Part shown: positions 15,464 through 20,029 of the stretch, one piece after another
How positions within the stretch are numbered: position 1 is the stretch's first letter
How the letters are laid out: the number at the start of each line of letters is the position of its first letter
DNA from: a bacterium
GTDB lineage: Bacteria; Zhuqueibacterota; Zhuqueibacteria; Oceanimicrobiales; Oceanimicrobiaceae
Length of the DNA: 20,029 nt
Direction: 5' to 3'
NCBI GenBank assembly: GCA_046757525.1
Contig: JBHHYI010000072.1
Location: 1-20,029 of the forward strand
The notes under the pieces: generated by a model
The model's input: only the letters and a program-made list of their open reading frames with translations
What the model was told of the DNA's origin: nothing
The model's database searches: none
Made by a program: the position numbers and the translations under genes

Positions 15464-16227
15464 CCCGTCAACTGAAATTTCACTGGCACCGACAGCCAAC
15501 AGCGGATTTTTCGGTCCCGTTGTTTGGCAGCTTTCCACCGGACTTTCTTCAAGGCGTTGACGGCTGAATCCTCAAAGCCGACATTGGCCGGCTTGGCTTT
15601 GATTATTTGAAAGTCTTCTGCTTTGCCATTTACTCCGACCAAAACATTGACGAATACGACGCCTTCGATGCCAGCGTTGGCGGCAAGCTTGGGATACTTG
15701 AGATATTTTTGCAGCTCTCGCACCCCACCGACGATCCCAGGGGGCTCATCGTAAGCCACAAAAATGGGCAGATCGTCGTCCCCTTCCAGCGGCGGAGGCG
15801 GCGGAGGCAATTCGCTCAAATCGATGTTCGTGGAAGCGATGGTTAAATCGTCCGGCACGGACTCGTCCTCGGTTGGCAGGGGCACGCTGGGCCGCGGCGG
15901 TGGTGGCGGCCGATGGAATTGCTCGGTAGGTGGGATGTCCGCCACTTCAATTTTGATGTCAACGTTGCCCACTTCGGCTGCCTCGATGCCAAATTCTCGA
16001 GCTAATTGAAACAAAACGATCATCAGAGCAATCGTACTGGCCAGACAAATCTCAAACACTCGGGCGTACTTCAGCTTTAAATTGGCGTGCGGTTGCTTTT
16101 TCTTGACCAAATCGGCAAAAATCACGTGTTGGGAAAAATACTTCCTGGTCGCTGCGTCTAACGGGTTCTCTCTCTTCTCAAAAGAATTTAAAAATGGGCC
16201 GAAGCCCCTTCTCTTGTTCAGAAACAT
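15460..16227 (-). CDS. tonB: Energy transducer TonB family protein
   Basis: Single TM segment, Pro-rich linker, and TonB C-terminal domain YPKLA..AGIEGVVFVNVLV..WKAAKQ..VPVKFQL. ATG 16227 with a GGAG RBS. Confidence 0.88.
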   Translation of the reverse strand: MFLNKRRGFGPFLNSFEKRENPLDAATRKYFSQHVIFADLVKKKQPHANLKLKYARVFEICLASTIALMIVLFQLAREFGIEAAEVGNVDIKIEVADIPPTEQFHRPPPPPRPSVPLPTEDESVPDDLTIASTNIDLSELPPPPPPLEGDDDLPIFVAYDEPPGIVGGVRELQKYLKYPKLAANAGIEGVVFVNVLVGVNGKAEDFQIIKAKPANVGFEDSAVNALKKVRWKAAKQRDRKIRCWLSVPVKFQLTG

Positions 16228-16380
16228 GATACGACACTCCTGATTCTTTAGTGAGCTAAACAACGTTCGGTTTTGTATGTCAGAGTACGGCGTTTTCTTC
16301 AGAGTGTTTCATCGCAGTTCAAACAACGCCAGAAACCGAAATGTTGAACCCGCTAACTTTTGCCTCAAGGCGTGCGCATC

Positions 16381-19300
16381 TTAGATCTCCTGTAAGTACC
16401 GGGGTCGGTCTGGTGCCGGGCCGCTCAATTGCAATTCCGTCTCCGGCGCCAGCCTTTCTTTGGAAAGAATTCTCCCTTTTTCATCGATGAATCGTGCACC
16501 CATGGTTAGACGCTTAATATCTCCCAGGATGGCGTACAAGCAGGGCACCAGAAACAGAGTCAGCACGGTCGCCACAGAAAGGCCCCAGACCATGACGTTG
16601 GCCAGCGGACTCCAGATGTCGGATTTGCCACCAATGCCGATGGCCATGGGCAACAGGCCGAAAACCGTGGTGATCGTGGTTAAGAGAATAGGACGCAGCC
16701 GGAGCTTGCCACCCAGCAGAATCGAACGCCAGCGGCGCACCCCGCGATTGCGGGCTTCGTTGATGAAGCTGATGAACACCAGTGCGTCGTTGACCGCCAC
16801 GCCAGCCAGAGCAACCAGTCCGTACATATTGTTGATATTGAACGGGCTGCCGATGAAGAGCAAGCCAACCGTGGCGCCCCAAAACGCAAACAGGATGGCC
16901 ATGAAAATGATCAGCGGCTGGAAAAACGATTTGAACTGGCCAGCCAGAATGACGTACATGAGCATGAGACCCACGGCAAAAAGCTGTCCCAGTTGCCCAA
17001 AGGCGTCTTTGAACTCCTCGAACTGGCCACGGAAGACCAGGTCGTAGCCCGGATAGCGTTTGCTGATGTCGGCGAAGCGGCGCACCAGTTTTTGATTGAC
17101 TTTAAAAGCGCTGGTTTTGGAATTGTCCACGTCGGCTTTGACGGTAATGCTGCGTTTGAGGTCGTCGTGTTTGATGGTGGAGTAACCCTGTTTGATATTC
17201 AACCGGGCCACATCTTTCAATGTGACGAGTTTCCCGAAAGGCGTCACAATTTTCATGTTTTCCAGGTCCGCTATGTTTTGCCGGCTGGATTCCTGGTACT
17301 TCACCACCACATCGATTTCATCTTCCCCGTCGTGCACCACGGTGGCCACGCCGCCATCAAAGGCGTAGTGCACCGTTGTGGCGATTTGAGAGACGTTCAA
17401 CCCAACCAGCGCCGCCTTCTCCTCATCAACCAGAATCTGCAGCTCTCTTTTACCCGGAACAAAGTCATCCTTCACATCGAAGACCCCTGGCATGCTGCGC
17501 AGTTCTTTCTTCACCAGCTCCACAACCTGCTGTAGTTCGTCGAGGTATTTACCTCGCACCCTGACTTCGATAGGCGCCCCGGTGGGCGGACCATTCTTTA
17601 TTATCTTGAACTCCAGCGATTTGATGCCCGCGACGCTGTTTATTTTTTTGCGCAAATCCGCAATGATTTCATCGATGCTGCGCTGGCGCTCCCTCTTGTT
17701 GGTCAGCTCAACGATGACCTGGCCTACTGAGGGCCTGAAAAACCATTCTTCATTTCGCTGCTGCAAGCCCGTATTGGCCACCACATTGACCAGCTCGGTT
17801 TCTGGCAAAGTCAGTACGATGTCCTGAACTTTTTGGACGACGTCGTCGGTGATTTCCAGCTTGGTGCCTTCGGGCAAATCCACGAATATGAAGAATCTGG
17901 GAATCTCCTCGCTGGCGAACATATCGATGCCTACTACCCAAATCAGCGGAACGCTCAACAATATGACCGCCGCAGTGATGCCAATCACCCAGTAGCGCCG
18001 TCTTAGAAACTTGACCAGGTATTTCAGGTAGACCTTTCTGAGCTTGCCGAATCTGATAAGGCCTGCGGTTTGGCGGACCTGTTTGCGGCTCCATTCGGCT
18101 ATGTGCGAAGGCAGGATGACAAACGCTTCGAACAGCGAGGCCAGCAGCGCCAGCGTCACTACGATGGGCACGATTTTTAAAAACTCACCAATGACACCCC
18201 CCAGGAGCATCAATGGCAAGAAGGCAGCGATGGTGGTCAGGGAGGAGGAAACCACCGGCATAGCCACCTGCCTGGTGCCAACCAGCGCCGCTTCCCTGGG
18301 TGCGTAACCCATCTGCATGTAGCGGTAACAATTCTCGATGATGACGATGGCATCGTCGACGATCATACCGAGCACCAGCACGAGTCCAAACAAGGAGCTG
18401 CCGCTCAGAGTCGTGCCCGTGTAGTGCATGAACATGAAGGTGAACATGAAAGTCACCGGGATGCCGATGGCCGCAAAGATGGCATTGCGCGGCCCCAAGA
18501 ACAGATACAAGCTGACGACCACCAACAGCATCCCGAGCAATGCATTGTTTTGCAGAATACCGAGAAATTGTTTTATTTGAATGGAAGTGTCGTTGATCAA
18601 GGAAATTTTAGCCTGCGCCGGCAGGCGCTCCTTGCGGTATTGTGTCACCAAAGCCTTGATCTGGTCGATGATCTCGATGGAGTTTCCCTCTTTCTTTTTG
18701 GAGATGGTGAGGGTTACCGAAGGGTCGCCGTTGAAGCGGGAAATGACCTCGGGCTCTTCGAAGGTGTCGCGCACCCGGCCGATGTCTTGCACGCGCACAT
18801 GGTGCCCTATGGGATTGGCGCGCAGGATGACCTTTTTGATCTGTTCCACCCGGTCGATTTCGCCGATGGTGCGGACCACGTATTCCCAGCGCCCCATTTT
18901 GATGTTGCCGGCAGAAAGATCGAGGTTTTTGCCGCGAATGGCTTCCATAACCTGGGTCAGGGCCATGTCATAACTCTGCAGTTTTTCAGGGTCGACCTCT
19001 ACCCAGATCTGGCGGTCCCGTACGCCAGCGACCAGGCATCTGGCGACGTTGTGGATTTCCAGAATGTCATCGCGCAAGTCTTCCGCAATTTCTTTCATCT
19101 CCCTTTCGGGTACGTTGCCGCTGAGCACCACGCTGACCATGGGAATGTGGTCCTGGATGGTGAATTCGGTGATGCTGGGGTCCTCGGCGGCTTCAGGCAG
19201 GTCGATCTTTTCGACTTCGGTGCGTACATCCTGCAAGCGCCTCTCCAGCTCATCCTCGGAGAGCGTCTGAAACTTTAGCCACACGAATGAGGCATTTTCA

Positions 19301-19554
19301 CGTGAGATCGAAGTGATGAGGTCGATGCCTTCGATGTCGCGAACTTCCTTCTCAACTTCGTTGGTGATGAGTTTTTCCGTATCCTCCGGCGAAAGACCGG
19401 GCGCGCCAGTCCACACGAAGATCCACGGGAAGGATACGTCCGGCATCATCTCCCGCGGCAGAACAAACAGCGAATACGTTCCCAGCACGATGATGGCAAT
19501 CATGAGGATGTTGACCAGTACGGGATTTTTTATGGAGAATTTTGGGACAAACAT
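16381..19554 (-). CDS. RND efflux transporter permease subunit (AcrB/AcrD/AcrF family)
   Basis: About 1057 aa. KNPVLVN start, TM4 GMIVDDAIVIIEN, TTIAAFLPL, GVAVNDALV, RLRPILLTT and two large periplasmic loops. ATG 19554 or TTG 19560. Confidence 0.93.
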   Translation of the reverse strand: MFVPKFSIKNPVLVNILMIAIIVLGTYSLFVLPREMMPDVSFPWIFVWTGAPGLSPEDTEKLITNEVEKEVRDIEGIDLITSISRENASFVWLKFQTLSEDELERRLQDVRTEVEKIDLPEAAEDPSITEFTIQDHIPMVSVVLSGNVPEREMKEIAEDLRDDILEIHNVARCLVAGVRDRQIWVEVDPEKLQSYDMALTQVMEAIRGKNLDLSAGNIKMGRWEYVVRTIGEIDRVEQIKKVILRANPIGHHVRVQDIGRVRDTFEEPEVISRFNGDPSVTLTISKKKEGNSIEIIDQIKALVTQYRKERLPAQAKISLINDTSIQIKQFLGILQNNALLGMLLVVVSLYLFLGPRNAIFAAIGIPVTFMFTFMFMHYTGTTLSGSSLFGLVLVLGMIVDDAIVIIENCYRYMQMGYAPREAALVGTRQVAMPVVSSSLTTIAAFLPLMLLGGVIGEFLKIVPIVVTLALLASLFEAFVILPSHIAEWSRKQVRQTAGLIRFGKLRKVYLKYLVKFLRRRYWVIGITAAVILLSVPLIWVVGIDMFASEEIPRFFIFVDLPEGTKLEITDDVVQKVQDIVLTLPETELVNVVANTGLQQRNEEWFFRPSVGQVIVELTNKRERQRSIDEIIADLRKKINSVAGIKSLEFKIIKNGPPTGAPIEVRVRGKYLDELQQVVELVKKELRSMPGVFDVKDDFVPGKRELQILVDEEKAALVGLNVSQIATTVHYAFDGGVATVVHDGEDEIDVVVKYQESSRQNIADLENMKIVTPFGKLVTLKDVARLNIKQGYSTIKHDDLKRSITVKADVDNSKTSAFKVNQKLVRRFADISKRYPGYDLVFRGQFEEFKDAFGQLGQLFAVGLMLMYVILAGQFKSFFQPLIIFMAILFAFWGATVGLLFIGSPFNINNMYGLVALAGVAVNDALVFISFINEARNRGVRRWRSILLGGKLRLRPILLTTITTVFGLLPMAIGIGGKSDIWSPLANVMVWGLSVATVLTLFLVPCLYAILGDIKRLTMGARFIDEKGRILSKERLAPETELQLSGPAPDRPRYLQEI

Positions 19555-19704
19555 TTTCAAATATGGAAGCCTGTTAAACTACGCTGATTCCGTGTTCCAA
19601 CCACGGAGTCTTTGAATCTGTTCAGTTTGTGTTGCATGTCATTTTCTAATTCTAAAAGCGCTGTGCACGTTTTGTGTGCTTTTACATGAAAGAAACGACC
19701 CAAG

Positions 19705-19864
19705 CGTTTCTTGGAAGCACAGTGTGAGTCATCCCGAGTAGGTCGCTGCTTCTCAAGCGACCGTATCGAGGGGTGACAGGCTTCGATACGTCTCGACCAA
19801 AAAGCGGTCGGGACTACTCAGGACGGCTGCCTGGGCGCTCCAAGAGAAACAACTATCAGTCCGC
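19705..19864 (+). repeat. Palindromic repeat of about 160 bp (module X), second copy
   Basis: Collinear with the reverse complement of 10821-10980; two internal hairpins. Confidence 0.9.
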
Positions 19865-19870
19865 TCAAAA

Positions 19871-19978
19871 GGAGCATTTCCTAAAAGCTCTCACAATCCG
19901 TGCAACCGGATTGCTTTAAATGTCGGAACGCACCCACAATCGAGACGATTGTGTTACGTACAACGGAGCGTTTCCTAA
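19871..19978 (+). repeat. core-B-A-core repeat bounded by 14-bp direct repeats
   Basis: ggagcatttcctaa (19871-19884) and ggagcgtttcctaa (19965-19978) flank the hairpins caatccg..cggattg and cacaatcg-aga-cgattgtg. Confidence 0.85.
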
Positions 19979-20029
19979 GAACTATTTTAATCAGCCGAAC
20001 AACAAAATACAAGTAGAATTTATTCAATG

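Overview
Bacterial chromosomal window whose gene content suggests a Gram-negative (TonB, RND); any finer taxonomy is not supportable here. In order: the 3' end of a Cu/Zn superoxide dismutase, an iodotyrosine-deiodinase-like nitroreductase, an orphan YgiT-type zinc finger, an RlmI-like methyltransferase, an unusual tandem YjbQ-fold protein, a DUF433/DUF5615 toxin-antitoxin pair, a DEAD-box helicase with atypical motifs, a minus-strand GNAT + NSAR/OSBS + M20 operon (D- to L-amino-acid conversion pathway), a DnaE2-like polymerase without adjacent imuAB, a TIR-like gene fragment, TonB and an RND permease lacking adjacent partners. The intergenic DNA is the most striking part. It is packed with miniature elements: an IS66-like MITE with a perfect 8-bp target duplication, two sets of short TIRs wrapped around palindromic cargo, and two repeat mosaics (10.8-11.3 kb and 19.7-20.0 kb) that share modules in permuted order with compensatory base-pair changes. 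All calls come from reading motifs by eye; no database search was run.
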